Part shown: positions 1 through 9,659 of the stretch, one piece after another | Numbering within the stretch: position 1 is the first letter of the stretch | How the letters are laid out: each line of letters opens with the position of its first letter | DNA from: an uncultured delta proteobacterium | GTDB lineage: Bacteria > Myxococcota_A > Polyangia > Haliangiales > Haliangiaceae | Direction of reading: 5' to 3' | DNA: 64,000 bases | Assembly (NCBI GenBank): GCA_963848295.1 | Contig: CAWKDB010000010.1 | Coordinates: 416,001 to 480,000, forward strand | The notes under the pieces: model-generated | Database searches by the model: none | What the model was told of the DNA's origin: nothing | Seen by the model: the letters and a program-made list of their open reading frames with translations, nothing else | Translations under genes and position numbers: made by a program

Positions 1-810
1 GCGGTCACCGAATACGTTGCGCACCGCCTTCGCGAGTGCCTTCGACCCGTCGATCACGACGAGGGTCGGACGGTCGGTGCGGAGACCACGATCGCGCAGA
101 TCGGCGAGCAGCGCCGTGCACGCGGCAGCGTTCTCGGTTGCGCCCTCGCGAACACCGAGCACGTGCTTCTTGCCGTCGGCGTCGATGCCGAGCGCGACGA
201 GCAGCACGTGCTCGTCGATGTGCACGCCGTCGATCATGAGCACGCCGAGATCGAGCGCGCCGAGATCGCGACCGAGCCACTCGGCCATCTGCCGCTCGGT
301 GGCAGCGACGAAGCGACGGCTCACCGCACTACGGCTCGTGCCACGCGACGGCAGGTCCGCCGGCAGCGGCTCCAGCGATCGAGCGTAGCGACGTGTCGTG
401 ACGCCGACGAGCATCTGCTCGACAGCCCGCTCGCGCAGCGGATCCTCGACGCCGAACGCCGTCCACGAGGGCAATTGCACCTCCTGACCGTCGAGCGTAC
501 GTGCACGCGGTCGTCGGACCTGCACGCGTCGACCTCCCATCACCAGCTCACCCGGAGCCGATCCCGATCGTCGAGCTTCACGCGTCGGCAGATGCGCGTA
601 CCGCGGCCCGACGATCTGAGTGCGCTCCTCTTCGAGCATTGCGGCCAGCGCGGCGGTCCCAGCGCCGATCACGAACTCTCGCAGGTTCTCGCGCACGAGG
701 TTCCTGAGCCCGAGGGCGAGCTCCGCGTCGCGAGCGACTTCTCCGAGAACGGTCCGGAGCTGAGGGCGAGTGGCTTCCGCGGGGCGTCTGTTCCTGGCAA
801 TCTTCTTCAT
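1..810 (-). CDS. IS256-family (Mutator) transposase, 5' part (runs off window)
   Basis: Manual translation from ATG at 810: MKKIARNRRP...RGTSRSAVSRRFV...LMIDGVH...LGVREGATENAAACTALLADLRDRGL...VVIDGSKAL, typical IS256 motifs. Absent from the ORF track because there is no stop in the window. Confidence 0.9.
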   Translation of the reverse strand, partial: MKKIARNRRPAEATRPQLRTVLGEVARDAELALGLRNLVRENLREFVIGAGTAALAAMLEEERTQIVGPRYAHLPTREARRSGSAPGELVMGGRRVQVRRPRARTLDGQEVQLPSWTAFGVEDPLRERAVEQMLVGVTTRRYARSLEPLPADLPSRGTSRSAVSRRFVAATERQMAEWLGRDLGALDLGVLMIDGVHIDEHVLLVALGIDADGKKHVLGVREGATENAAACTALLADLRDRGLRTDRPTLVVIDGSKALAKAVRNVFGDR

Positions 811-900
811 CGGCGGTTCCTTCCGGTTTTTGAGCCCCGAGAATTCTCTCGGGGTCGGTTGGACCGCCACCTCAATGTCAACAGGGATCGGGACTACGCC
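1..900 (-). mobile_element. IS256-family insertion sequence (one end in window)
   Basis: Transposase plus an IS256-like terminal sequence CCTCAATGTCAACAGGGATCGGGAC near 870-900; exact end uncertain. Confidence 0.75.
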
Positions 901-1104
901 CAGACCCAGATCGGCGGGACTCGACATACGTTACGACCCTCGTGCGGACCGCGCTCCCTAGTGTGCGACGGTCCCGTCGAACGACGCGCTCGACTCGTCG
1001 CTCTCGTTGTAGCTCGTGCCCGAGATGTTCGCCGCGACTTCGGTTTGCGGCGACGACGTGACCGTGATCATGCAGGTCGGCGACGGCATCAGGTTCGTGT
1101 GGAT

Positions 1105-1229
1105 GCTCACCGCCGTCGAGATGCGCGAGCTCAAGATCGAGCGCACCCCTTTCACGGCGACTGGAACTATACGATTCACCCACGACCGATCGTCGCGTGA
1201 CGAATCATGTTATCCATTCGAGCCCCTTA
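1105..1229 (+). pseudogene. ISAzo13-family transposase C-terminal remnant and element end
   Basis: Frameshifted VEMRELKIER/HPFHGDWNYTIHPR matches the ISAzo13 transposase C-terminus; followed by GTTATCCATTCGAGCCCCTTA. Confidence 0.7.
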
Positions 1230-1267
1230 CCGGAACTCGCACGTCGCCCTCACGCGAGGACTTCAGT

Positions 1268-1600
1268 TCAGTTTAGCTTCCGTGGCTTGGTGAATTCGGT
1301 GGTCTCTGCGCCAATCTTGGCGCGCTGCTCGTCCGTCATGAGCCTCTCGCAATCGGCTACGCCCACGGTTGTGTGTTTAAGCGCGGTCACACAGGCGATC
1401 ACCGCGTCCGACCAGTTGTCTTTCATACAATGGGAAACCACGGAGCCGAGTGCGTAGTCGCCCGCACTGCCGGGAGTGCCGGCCTTCAACCCATCTCCCG
1501 CATGGAGGCACCTCGAAGCGATCGTGGGAGCGACATCATCGGCATTCTTGCATCCAATCATGCCCAACGCGATCACGACAAATAAACACAAAATTTTCAT
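1268..1600 (-). CDS. Small Cys-containing lipoprotein
   Basis: Signal peptide with lipobox (LGMIGC); C..D.WS...C...C..LMT.EQ pattern; visibly lower GC. Confidence 0.7.
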   Translation of the reverse strand: MKILCLFVVIALGMIGCKNADDVAPTIASRCLHAGDGLKAGTPGSAGDYALGSVVSHCMKDNWSDAVIACVTALKHTTVGVADCERLMTDEQRAKIGAETTEFTKPRKLN

Positions 1601-1810
1601 ATTAAACTCCGTCCATTCAATAGATGGCGCTGCAGGTCCGCTTGGTGGCGCTCCCCATTCAGGTTGGGACGAGCATGCGTAAGCGCCGGTTCGGATCGTG
1701 TCGCGACGATCGTTTCGATCGCTACGCCGGACTTCCGAACGCGGCTCGATCGTTTTTGCGATTCGCGGCCTCTAACTTAACTTAGTGAGCGGCATTGACC
1801 CTAATTCGAC

Positions 1811-2287
1811 TCACCGCTCGTCGAGACGATGGGCGCTACGCTCGTCGATCGCTTTCTTGAGATCGTCGGGTTTGTCCTTCGGCGTGATCGTCACCGTGAT
1901 GCCATCTTTCTCATGTGTGGCCTTGGCGGTTGCGTCCTCTGGTACGTACAGAGGGCATGGTGCGATGGCAGCCCCATGCGGACCTTTGACGTTATACATA
2001 TCATCAGATTTCATTGCGAGTAACTCGTCAGTGCTTGTCTGGATCGCTGCGATAGTGTCCTTATCGTCGGAGGTGATCTTCACGACGACGTCCGAACCTG
2101 TGACAACGACCTTCGTGTGCGCGCCGGTCATCATGCCGGGACACGGTGGACCGAAGCGCAGGAGGCTCGTAGAAGCTGAACCAACAGTGGTCGATTCGGT
2201 TTCGACTTTCCGAGCGGAGTTGGCGTTCTTCCTGCACGCCGTGGTCACCGCCAGCAGCATAGTCACAAGTACAAGTGTGATTTGCAT
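1811..2287 (-). CDS. Hypothetical lipoprotein
   Basis: MQITLVLVTMLLAVTTAC lipobox; internal duplication (CP...V.ITS/TP.DK); lower GC. Confidence 0.7.
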   Translation of the reverse strand: MQITLVLVTMLLAVTTACRKNANSARKVETESTTVGSASTSLLRFGPPCPGMMTGAHTKVVVTGSDVVVKITSDDKDTIAAIQTSTDELLAMKSDDMYNVKGPHGAAIAPCPLYVPEDATAKATHEKDGITVTITPKDKPDDLKKAIDERSAHRLDER

Positions 2288-2538
2288 GAAATATTCTCCG
2301 TCGTGAGTAGCGACTTGTTTGATCGCAGCGACATGCAGCGACGACCACGATGCGGCGCGCTGGCCAGCTCACTTGTCGGCGACCACGTCGTCGCGACAGG
2401 CACCTGGCGCTCCTTGACCTCGGCGCCCGTCCGCGTCTCGACGTAGCTGGTGATCGTGCAGTGGTGGTCCTGCCGCGCCGCGACGGCGAAGGCGGCGGTG
2501 ACGACCAGAAACGCGATGATCGAGAGCTTGGTCAACAC
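2263..2538 (-). CDS. Small secreted hypothetical protein
   Basis: Signal peptide MLTKLSIIAFLVVTAAFAVAA; upstream AAGGA; the C-terminus overlaps the next gene and is doubtful. Confidence 0.5.
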   Translation of the reverse strand: MLTKLSIIAFLVVTAAFAVAARQDHHCTITSYVETRTGAEVKERQVPVATTWSPTSELASAPHRGRRCMSLRSNKSLLTTENISCKSHLYL

Positions 2539-2617
2539 GGTCGGTGTCCTTCAGGGAGTTACGGCGCTTCACACGCAGCACGTCGCGGTGTGGTCTATCG
2601 CGCAAATGCTGATTGCC

Positions 2618-3394
2618 TCATCGCTGCTTGCGCCCGCAAGTGTCGGCGAGCAGTGCCGGCTGGTTGCCTTGACGGAGCAATTGCTCGGCGCACGCGCCGT
2701 CGACGTTCTTGCACGACTCGAGAAGCGCCGGCTGGAATCCCGCGTCGAGCAACGCAACCGCGCAGCGTTCGTTGGTGCCGCGGCACGCCGACCATAGCGC
2801 CGGTGAATACCCCTTCTCACCCATGACGCTGAGACACGTGCGGCGCGGCGGTGGCGAGGTCGACCCCGACGTGTCGTTCACGGCACACTGCGAGCCGTCC
2901 CACGTCGAGCCGTCCGGGCAGGTCGCGTTCACGGCACACTGCGATCCGTCCCACGTCGAGCCGTCCGGGCAGGTGGCGGTAGTCGTATCTTGCGGCGCCG
3001 CTTGATCCGCGGTCGCGCCGACGCACTGCGAGCCATCCCATTGCGTGCTGTCGGGGCACACGCATAGATTATCGCCTGGTACGGCACCACCGCTGCACTG
3101 CAGCGGTTGGCAGGAGCCGCTGCTGTCGACGGTGTTGCCGAGCATGCAGTGGCACTCGACCGCGCCGGCCGGCCCGAATGGGTACGCGCCGCCCTGGCAC
3201 GGGCCCGGATCCGGCGTGCCCTGACAGGTTTGGCCGTTCCACAGCATCCCGTTGGCGCAATAGCAACCGCCGGCGACGAGCTCGGCGCCACCGCTGCACT
3301 GAACGGGCTGAGCGAACATCGCGCCTTTGCACCCCGCGAGACCGGCGAACAGGATCCAGAGGTGAGCTGCCACGAACGTGACACGTGGGACCAT
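2618..3394 (-). CDS. Cys-rich repeat lipoprotein
   Basis: Lipobox LAGC; repeated CSGGA...C.C and CPDGSTWDGSQC motifs; C-terminal CA..LL..G.QPALL repeats. Confidence 0.75.
   Translation of the reverse strand: MVPRVTFVAAHLWILFAGLAGCKGAMFAQPVQCSGGAELVAGGCYCANGMLWNGQTCQGTPDPGPCQGGAYPFGPAGAVECHCMLGNTVDSSGSCQPLQCSGGAVPGDNLCVCPDSTQWDGSQCVGATADQAAPQDTTTATCPDGSTWDGSQCAVNATCPDGSTWDGSQCAVNDTSGSTSPPPRRTCLSVMGEKGYSPALWSACRGTNERCAVALLDAGFQPALLESCKNVDGACAEQLLRQGNQPALLADTCGRKQR
2875..2976. repeat. Tandem 51-bp repeat x2 (coding)
   Basis: CGTTCACGGCACACTGCGA(G/T)CCGTCCCACGTCGAGCCGTCCGGGCAGGT.. twice, encoding ATCPDGSTWDGSQCAVN. Confidence 0.9.
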
Positions 3395-3544
3395 CACGCT
3401 ACGATGCGGCGACTCCGCGGGCGTTGCATAGAAATCGGGTCTCATGCATCGCGCGAAACGGCGGCTACTTCACCGTGCAACGCTGCGCGGCGCCGGGCCC
3501 GCGTGGTCGATCACGTTCGATAGACGCTGCCTCGCGGTCGGCGA

Positions 3545-3660
3545 CGTGCTGCAGTTGGTGTGTTCCACACGTGCGAGCGGTAGCTGTTGCTGCCGTCCGC
3601 GTCGGCGGTGATGAAGATCTCGCGCGCCTCGGGATAGCGCTTCACGCCGACCTGTTTCCT
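3545..3660 (-). pseudogene. ISAzo13-family transposase internal remnant
   Basis: VGVKRYPEAREIFITADADGSNSYRSHVW resembles the conserved RYP.A..LLITAD.GGSN.YR..LW motif. Confidence 0.7.
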
Positions 3661-3813
3661 TGCGATTCTCGACGAGCGCACCCACCGGTCACGCAACGCC
3701 GACGGCGTCGTGCTGAATCCGCTGCGCTCGCGCGGCTTGCATCTACGGCTCGTCGAGTGATCGGAATTGCTCCGGTCGAGCGCGACCTGAAAAAGCCGCA
3801 CCCACATAACATC

Positions 3814-4299
3814 ATGAATGTGGCGCGAGCGCGGCACTACATCGCGCACCACCTGGGCGATTCGATGTACTTCTCGAACGTCGAGTACCTTGAAGCGGAT
3901 CTGCGCGCGATCCTGGAGCGTGCGCCCGAGTCCGGCGAGTTGCGTTTGCTCGAGATCCGGTACGTCGAGAACAGAAGGATTCCGTTCGGCATCTTCGAAC
4001 CCGTTACGGGATGGCCGGTGCGTGACGTGATCGGCCTTCTCCACTGTGAGGTACCGCTCGCCGCCGCGACCGCGCTGCAGATCTATCGCGCGTACGGCGG
4101 CGGGCCGAACGTGGTGACGCCGAAGGGAGCGCTCGTGCGCCAGGTGGTCCCGCACTTCAACCAGATCTGGCGGAGTGAGAACGGCAGCTTCATCGGCAGC
4201 GAGCCCGACATCTCGATCCACGACCAACCGTCGTCGGGCACTCGTCGCCGACGTTTGCCCGACGACTATCGAGCGCGCGATCGCCTCGATCGATGGTGA
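3814..4299 (+). CDS. Hypothetical protein
   Basis: Globular-looking composition from ATG 3814 (MNVARARHYIAHHLGDSMYF...); no recognised motif. Confidence 0.5.
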   Translation: MNVARARHYIAHHLGDSMYFSNVEYLEADLRAILERAPESGELRLLEIRYVENRRIPFGIFEPVTGWPVRDVIGLLHCEVPLAAATALQIYRAYGGGPNVVTPKGALVRQVVPHFNQIWRSENGSFIGSEPDISIHDQPSSGTRRRRLPDDYRARDRLDRW

Positions 4300-4463
4300 T
4301 GATCGCTTCGTGAATGATGCGGGAGTGGACGAGGCCACGACCACTCGTTATAGCGAGCCGAAGTCACACCTCTCGCGTCGACACGCGCTGGCGGGTTCCC
4401 GGCTGAACATAGTGCGCAAGCGTGACTGCCGGCGACGTGTGCCCAAGCGCTGACGCGCAAGGA

Positions 4464-7214
4464 TCAGGCTACCGCGATCGGCCGAGAACCGTCCCCGCGG
4501 CCGTGCGGCACGGAACTCTTCGCCACCGCTTCGGCGAACGGAAACACGACGCGCACGATCGTGCCGTCGCGGTCGGCCAGTTCGACCCTGCCGTTCAGTT
4601 GGTGAGCGAGCGTCCGCACGATCTGCAGTCCGAGCGTTTGCGCGGCTTCGAGGTCGAAATCCGGCGGCATCCCGACCCCATCGTCGCGGACGTCCAGCGC
4701 GAGCTCGCCACCTTCCTGCGCGAGCCTGACCCAGATGCGTCCGCGGCGCTGGCCGGGGAAGGCATGCTTGAACGAGTTCGTGACCAGCTCGTTCACGATC
4801 AAGCCGCACGGAATCGCGCGATCGATGTCGAGGCGAATGTTCGGCACGTCGACCGAGATCTCGATCGGACGGTCCGGTTCGCCGCCGTAGGCCTGGCTCA
4901 GCCGCTGCACGAGGTCCTGCACATATTCGAGCAGATCGATATGCGAGAGATCCTTCGAGCGGTACAGCAGCTGATGAACGAGCGCCATCGATTGAATACG
5001 GCCCTGGCTCTCCTCGAGCCTGTTGCGCGCTTCCACGCTCGCCACCGTCAAAGCCTGTAGGTTGAGCAGGCTCGAGATCACCTGGAGGTTGTTCTTCACG
5101 CGATGATGGATCTCGCGCAGCAAGACGTCCTTCTCGCGCAGGGCCGACCGGAGCTTGGCCTCGCCGAGCTTCTGGTCGCTGATGTCGCGCACGACCTTTG
5201 ACATGCCGATCACGTGGCCCTCGTGATCGACGATCGCAGAGGTCGTGACCGAGGCGTCGAACCCAGTGTTGTCGCGTCTCACGTACACGAATTCGTAGTG
5301 GTCGAGATGCTGACCGGCGCGCACCGACGCCAGCACTTGCTCCAGCTCCCCGGTGCGGTCTTCAGAAACGAGCAACCTCGCGGGCTTCCCGATCACCTCG
5401 GCAGCCGCGTAGCCGAAGATCTTCTCCGCGGCTCGGTTCCAGCTCTCGATCGTGCCGTCGATCGACAACCCGATGATCGCGTCCTCCGACGATTTCACGA
5501 GCTCGCCGAGCCGGTGCGAGGCCTCTTCCGCGCGCTTGCGCTCGGTTACGTCCTGCGAGTAGCCAGTCACGCGCAACACGCGACCCGTCTCGTCGGCACA
5601 GACCCTGCCCTGCGAGTAGAGGGTCCGGATCGTCAGATTGGGGCGCACGATGCGCATCTCGAAAGCGAACGGCAGGCGATCCACGCGGGAGCGTTGGATG
5701 ATCAACGCGACGCGCGCGCGATCATCGGGATGGATGCACGTGACAAAGCCATCGTGGGGAACGAAGGTCGCAGGATCCTGTCCGTAGATCCGGTACATCT
5801 CTTCGGACCACTCGAGCCGATCGCGACCGAGGTCGCGCTCGAAGCTGCCGAGGTTCGCGAGCGCCTGCGAGTCGCGAAGCAACTCGCCCTTGTGCTCCAA
5901 CTCTTGATTCGCCGCCACCAGCGCGATCGTCCGCTCGCGCACCTTCTGCTCGAGCAGTGCGTGAGATTCCTGCAGCGCGCGCTCGGCGGTGAGCTCGGCG
6001 GTGATGTCGCGCACGAATCCCGTGAACAAGCGCTGACCCTTGATCGGAACGACCATCGCCGTAACTTCTGCCGGAAACTCGCTGCCGTTCGCGCGCTGCA
6101 ACGAAAGCCGTCGTCTCCCGATCAAATCGCTCGTCCCTGCGCATACGGCTTCGGTCAACGCGGCCCGAAACGGATCGCGTAGTGATCGAGGGATCAATAG
6201 CATCGCAACATCTTTGCCGACGGCCTCGCGCCCGGAAACGTCGAACAAGCCCTCGGCGGCCGGGTTGAATTCGACGATGCGGCCATCACCATCGATCGTG
6301 ACGATCGCGTCGAGCGCCCCGGTCAGGATCGCGCTCTTGCGTTGCAACGCCGTGAGGCGTTCGACTTGTAACGCCGAGAGCGCCAGCGTCATGACCGACG
6401 AGATCGAGACGAAGATCTGAAGGAAGTGCGGCAGGTGTACGAAAGGACCATAGCCGAACGTGGTCGCGAAGATCGCGAGGGCGCTGACCGTGAACGTCGT
6501 GGCGGACGCTCCGCGCGGCCCGAAACGGAGCCCGGCCCATAGCAGCAAGACCACCAGCACGTACGGCATCGGTGCGCCAGTCAGCCGCTCGGGGAGCGAG
6601 GGGGCGAACACGCAACTGCAAAGCACGAGCGTGGCGACACCGAACGCGACCACCTCGAGTGCAGACGCGCGGCGCGCGATGCCACCGTCCGGCGTTCGCG
6701 TACCCCATGCCAGCACGAGGGGGGTCACGACCAGGCTACCGGCGAGGTAGCCCCACCACCACGTCGACAACACCGACGTGAGTCGATTGGATGGAATCAA
6801 GCCCGTGGCTGCGAGCACGCAACTGTCCAAGGTCGCGGTGACGAGCGCGAGCACGACCGACAACCCGACGAGAGCGAGTACGTCTCGCACGCGATCGAGC
6901 GGCGTGCGAAAGGCAAATGCACGACGCAAGACCCACGCAGCACCCACCGCCTCTAACGCCTCGATCGTCCCGATGCCAATCCCAGCGAGCGCCGAGTGAT
7001 TGCTCGCCTCCATCGAGACGAACACGCCGAGCAGGATGCCGAGCGCCACCCGATCTCCGAGCAGCAAAACCGCAGCGAGCCCGATGCTGGTTGGCACCCA
7101 GATCAAGGACTCGAACCCGTTTACCAAATGGATCGCGAAGCTGAGCCCTGCCGTCGCGAAATACACGACGGCCACGATGGCGATCTCGGCGATATGTCGC
7201 GCGCGTTTCGACAT
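4464..7214 (-). CDS. MASE1 - 3xPAS - HisKA_2 sensor histidine kinase
   Basis: N-terminal multi-TM MASE1-like region; PAS motifs; LLREIHHRVKNNLQ H-box; ELVTNSFKHAF, DDGVG and LGLQIV boxes. Confidence 0.93.
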   Translation of the reverse strand: MSKRARHIAEIAIVAVVYFATAGLSFAIHLVNGFESLIWVPTSIGLAAVLLLGDRVALGILLGVFVSMEASNHSALAGIGIGTIEALEAVGAAWVLRRAFAFRTPLDRVRDVLALVGLSVVLALVTATLDSCVLAATGLIPSNRLTSVLSTWWWGYLAGSLVVTPLVLAWGTRTPDGGIARRASALEVVAFGVATLVLCSCVFAPSLPERLTGAPMPYVLVVLLLWAGLRFGPRGASATTFTVSALAIFATTFGYGPFVHLPHFLQIFVSISSVMTLALSALQVERLTALQRKSAILTGALDAIVTIDGDGRIVEFNPAAEGLFDVSGREAVGKDVAMLLIPRSLRDPFRAALTEAVCAGTSDLIGRRRLSLQRANGSEFPAEVTAMVVPIKGQRLFTGFVRDITAELTAERALQESHALLEQKVRERTIALVAANQELEHKGELLRDSQALANLGSFERDLGRDRLEWSEEMYRIYGQDPATFVPHDGFVTCIHPDDRARVALIIQRSRVDRLPFAFEMRIVRPNLTIRTLYSQGRVCADETGRVLRVTGYSQDVTERKRAEEASHRLGELVKSSEDAIIGLSIDGTIESWNRAAEKIFGYAAAEVIGKPARLLVSEDRTGELEQVLASVRAGQHLDHYEFVYVRRDNTGFDASVTTSAIVDHEGHVIGMSKVVRDISDQKLGEAKLRSALREKDVLLREIHHRVKNNLQVISSLLNLQALTVASVEARNRLEESQGRIQSMALVHQLLYRSKDLSHIDLLEYVQDLVQRLSQAYGGEPDRPIEISVDVPNIRLDIDRAIPCGLIVNELVTNSFKHAFPGQRRGRIWVRLAQEGGELALDVRDDGVGMPPDFDLEAAQTLGLQIVRTLAHQLNGRVELADRDGTIVRVVFPFAEAVAKSSVPHGRGDGSRPIAVA

Positions 7215-7223
7215 GGCGTGCCG

Positions 7224-8945
7224 TCACGGCGGGCTCGGCAGCGAGAACGCAAACACGGTGCCGACGCCGGACGTGCTCTCCACGCAGAGCTTGCTGCCAT
7301 GCGACGCGATGATTCCATTGGCGATGAACAAGCCGAGCCCTGCTCCTCCGCGCCGGTTCTGCGCGCGCCAGAAACGCTCGAACAGGTGCGGGATCTGATC
7401 TGGCAGGATGCCGCAGCCGGTGTCGCGAACCTCGAATCGCACGGTCGTTGCTTGCAGCTCGGCGCTCACCCTGACGGTGCCATGCTCGGCTGTAAACTTG
7501 AGTGCGTTGCCGATCAGGTTCGACAGCACCTGTAGGATCCGCTCTCTATCGCAAATCACCCGAATGGTGTCATCGCGCATGTCAGCTGTGAGGTCGATCG
7601 ACGCCGCGTCGGCGTGCATTCGAAACATCTCGACGGCCTCGTCCACGAGCTGCGCCGCAGAACAAGCCCGAGGGTCGATCGCGAGCATGCCGCCGTTGGC
7701 ATTGACCGCAGACGCATCGAGCAAATCACCGATCAAGCTATTCATCCGCTTGGCCGAGTGCACGATCCAGTCGCCGGTCTCTCGTACCTCGGGATGCGCG
7801 AGCAGCGACCCCGCGCGCAACATGATCGCTCCGAGAGGAGAACGCAGATCATGCGACACGATCGCGAGTACGTCGTCTCGCATGCGGATCGCCTGCTCGG
7901 CCTTGCGATAGAGCAGCGCGTTGTCGAGCGCCATGCCGAGACGCTGCGCAAAATCCTCCGCGAAGGAGAGGTCGGCGGCGCCGTAGGGTGCGCGTGATCG
8001 TCCTGCGACCAGCACGAGCCCGCCGAGCCTTCGATCGCGTGCCACCAAGGGGACGCTCAGCAACGAACGCAAGTCGAGCGCGCGCAGCACGGCGCGGTGA
8101 TGGTCACAAAGCGAGTCGAGGAGCGTCTGGCCCACATGCTCGATCTCGATCACGAGCTTCGAATGCTCGAGCGCGTCGAACAGGCGCGTATCATGGCACG
8201 GGCAACTCGCACGGTTGTGGTCGCCAAGGTCCGGGTCGGGGTACGCATGCGTGAACGACTCGAGCTCGTCGCCGGTATCGGCAAGGTGGACGAGGGTCCA
8301 ATCGGCATAGCGTGGCACGAGTAGCTTTGCTGCTCCGCGCGCGACAGTGTGATAGTCCAGCGATGCCGCCATGCGCGCCGTGGCGTCGGCAAGGAACTGC
8401 TCGAGCTGCTGTCGCTCCGAGCGCAGCCTGTCGGCGGTGTGGTGGTGCAGCGCCATCGTGATCGCGGCCGTGAGCTCGCGCTCGCGGAACGGCTTGACGA
8501 CGTAACCATAAGGCTCCGTGACGCGCGCGCGCTCGAGCGTTCCGTCGTCGGCGTAGGCCGTCAAGAAGATGATCGGAACATCGCGCACCGCGCGGATCGA
8601 TCGCGCAGCCTCGATGCCGTCGACGTCGCCGTTCAGCTTGATGTCCATCAGGACGAGGTCGAAGAGGCCCGTCATCGCACGATGGACCGCTTCCTCGCCC
8701 GAGTACGCGACCACCGCGACATGGCCCATCCGCGCCAGCACCTGCAAGATGTTGAGCGCGACGAGGTGCTCGTCCTCGACGACAAGGATCCGATCGGTCG
8801 TCGGTGTCGCACAAACCACACCAGAGCGCGCGGGCAACAACGGATCGAGTAACGGGGATGGCGCGGCACCGTGGCTCAGATCTGCCGCGCCCAACCCGCA
8901 GCCGAGCTCGTCCCGGAATGTCGTGACGAATGATCTGGTCGTCAT
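7224..8945 (-). CDS. Hybrid receiver-GAF-histidine kinase
   Basis: ILVVEDE...DLVLMDIKL receiver; GAF (ALDNALLY); SHDLRSPL H-box; NLIGNALKF, DTGCG, GAGLGL. Start uncertain. Confidence 0.9.
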   Translation of the reverse strand: MTTRSFVTTFRDELGCGLGAADLSHGAAPSPLLDPLLPARSGVVCATPTTDRILVVEDEHLVALNILQVLARMGHVAVVAYSGEEAVHRAMTGLFDLVLMDIKLNGDVDGIEAARSIRAVRDVPIIFLTAYADDGTLERARVTEPYGYVVKPFRERELTAAITMALHHHTADRLRSERQQLEQFLADATARMAASLDYHTVARGAAKLLVPRYADWTLVHLADTGDELESFTHAYPDPDLGDHNRASCPCHDTRLFDALEHSKLVIEIEHVGQTLLDSLCDHHRAVLRALDLRSLLSVPLVARDRRLGGLVLVAGRSRAPYGAADLSFAEDFAQRLGMALDNALLYRKAEQAIRMRDDVLAIVSHDLRSPLGAIMLRAGSLLAHPEVRETGDWIVHSAKRMNSLIGDLLDASAVNANGGMLAIDPRACSAAQLVDEAVEMFRMHADAASIDLTADMRDDTIRVICDRERILQVLSNLIGNALKFTAEHGTVRVSAELQATTVRFEVRDTGCGILPDQIPHLFERFWRAQNRRGGAGLGLFIANGIIASHGSKLCVESTSGVGTVFAFSLPSPP

Positions 8946-9131
8946 GGATTTGTTTACTCCTCTGGCTTCGCACGACAACGCCTTTGGTTTCGAATGACAA
9001 CGCAGGCACTGCGGAAGCCGCCACTCGCGACATTCAGTCAATTCATCACACCGTATTGTTTCCGAACACCGATGTGAGCTCCTTGCGCAGGTGCAATTTC
9101 TTGGCCGCGACCCGCGTGTCAGAATGCCAAA

Positions 9132-9518
9132 TCATCGCGCGATCCCCTCGCTGGTACGCGCCCCGATAAGCGAGTCGACCGTACGGGCGAACACGTCGAT
9201 ATCGAACGGCTTTCGCAACATGCGCACGCGTCGACCGAGCCCTGCAACCTGCGCGGCGATCGCGTCGTCGCGCAGTGCGGTGATCACAAGAATCGGCGTG
9301 GCTAGCCCGGCATAACGAGCGGAATGACTTGCCTGTAGCCCGGTCATCCACGGCATCGAGACGTCGGTGATCACGAGATCGAAGTCCTCGTCGGCTAGCG
9401 CATCGATGAGCTCTGCGCCGTTGACCGCGGTTTCGACGTCATAGCCCCATTTCTCGAGCATCTCGACCAGCCCGAACAGCAGGTCCAGATCATCATCGGC
9501 AATGAGTATTCTGAGCAT
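9132..9518 (-). CDS. Single-domain response regulator
   Basis: ILIADDD, LVITDVSMP, LRKPF. Confidence 0.9.
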   Translation of the reverse strand: MLRILIADDDLDLLFGLVEMLEKWGYDVETAVNGAELIDALADEDFDLVITDVSMPWMTGLQASHSARYAGLATPILVITALRDDAIAAQVAGLGRRVRMLRKPFDIDVFARTVDSLIGARTSEGIAR

Positions 9519-9530
9519 GTGCGGATCGAA

Positions 9531-9546
9531 TGCAATACTCGCACCC
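9531..9546 (-). promoter_or_regulatory. Putative sigma54 -24/-12 promoter
   Basis: GGGTGCGAGTATTGCA (GG-N10-GC), 12 nt before ATG 9518. Confidence 0.5.
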
Positions 9547-9659
9547 TCCAGCTATTGATCGACGCTCCGAGCGTTCCGCGCACTCACTGCGTCGCGCGCC
9601 AAATTTGCGGCTCTCGACTCGGGCCGCGGCCCGAGGTGGGAGAGATGTCGTCGACATCT

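Noticed and set aside
163..1200. 345-aa plus-strand ORF
   Set aside because: Mostly antisense to the IS256 transposase; only the last ~15 residues come from an ISAzo13 remnant.
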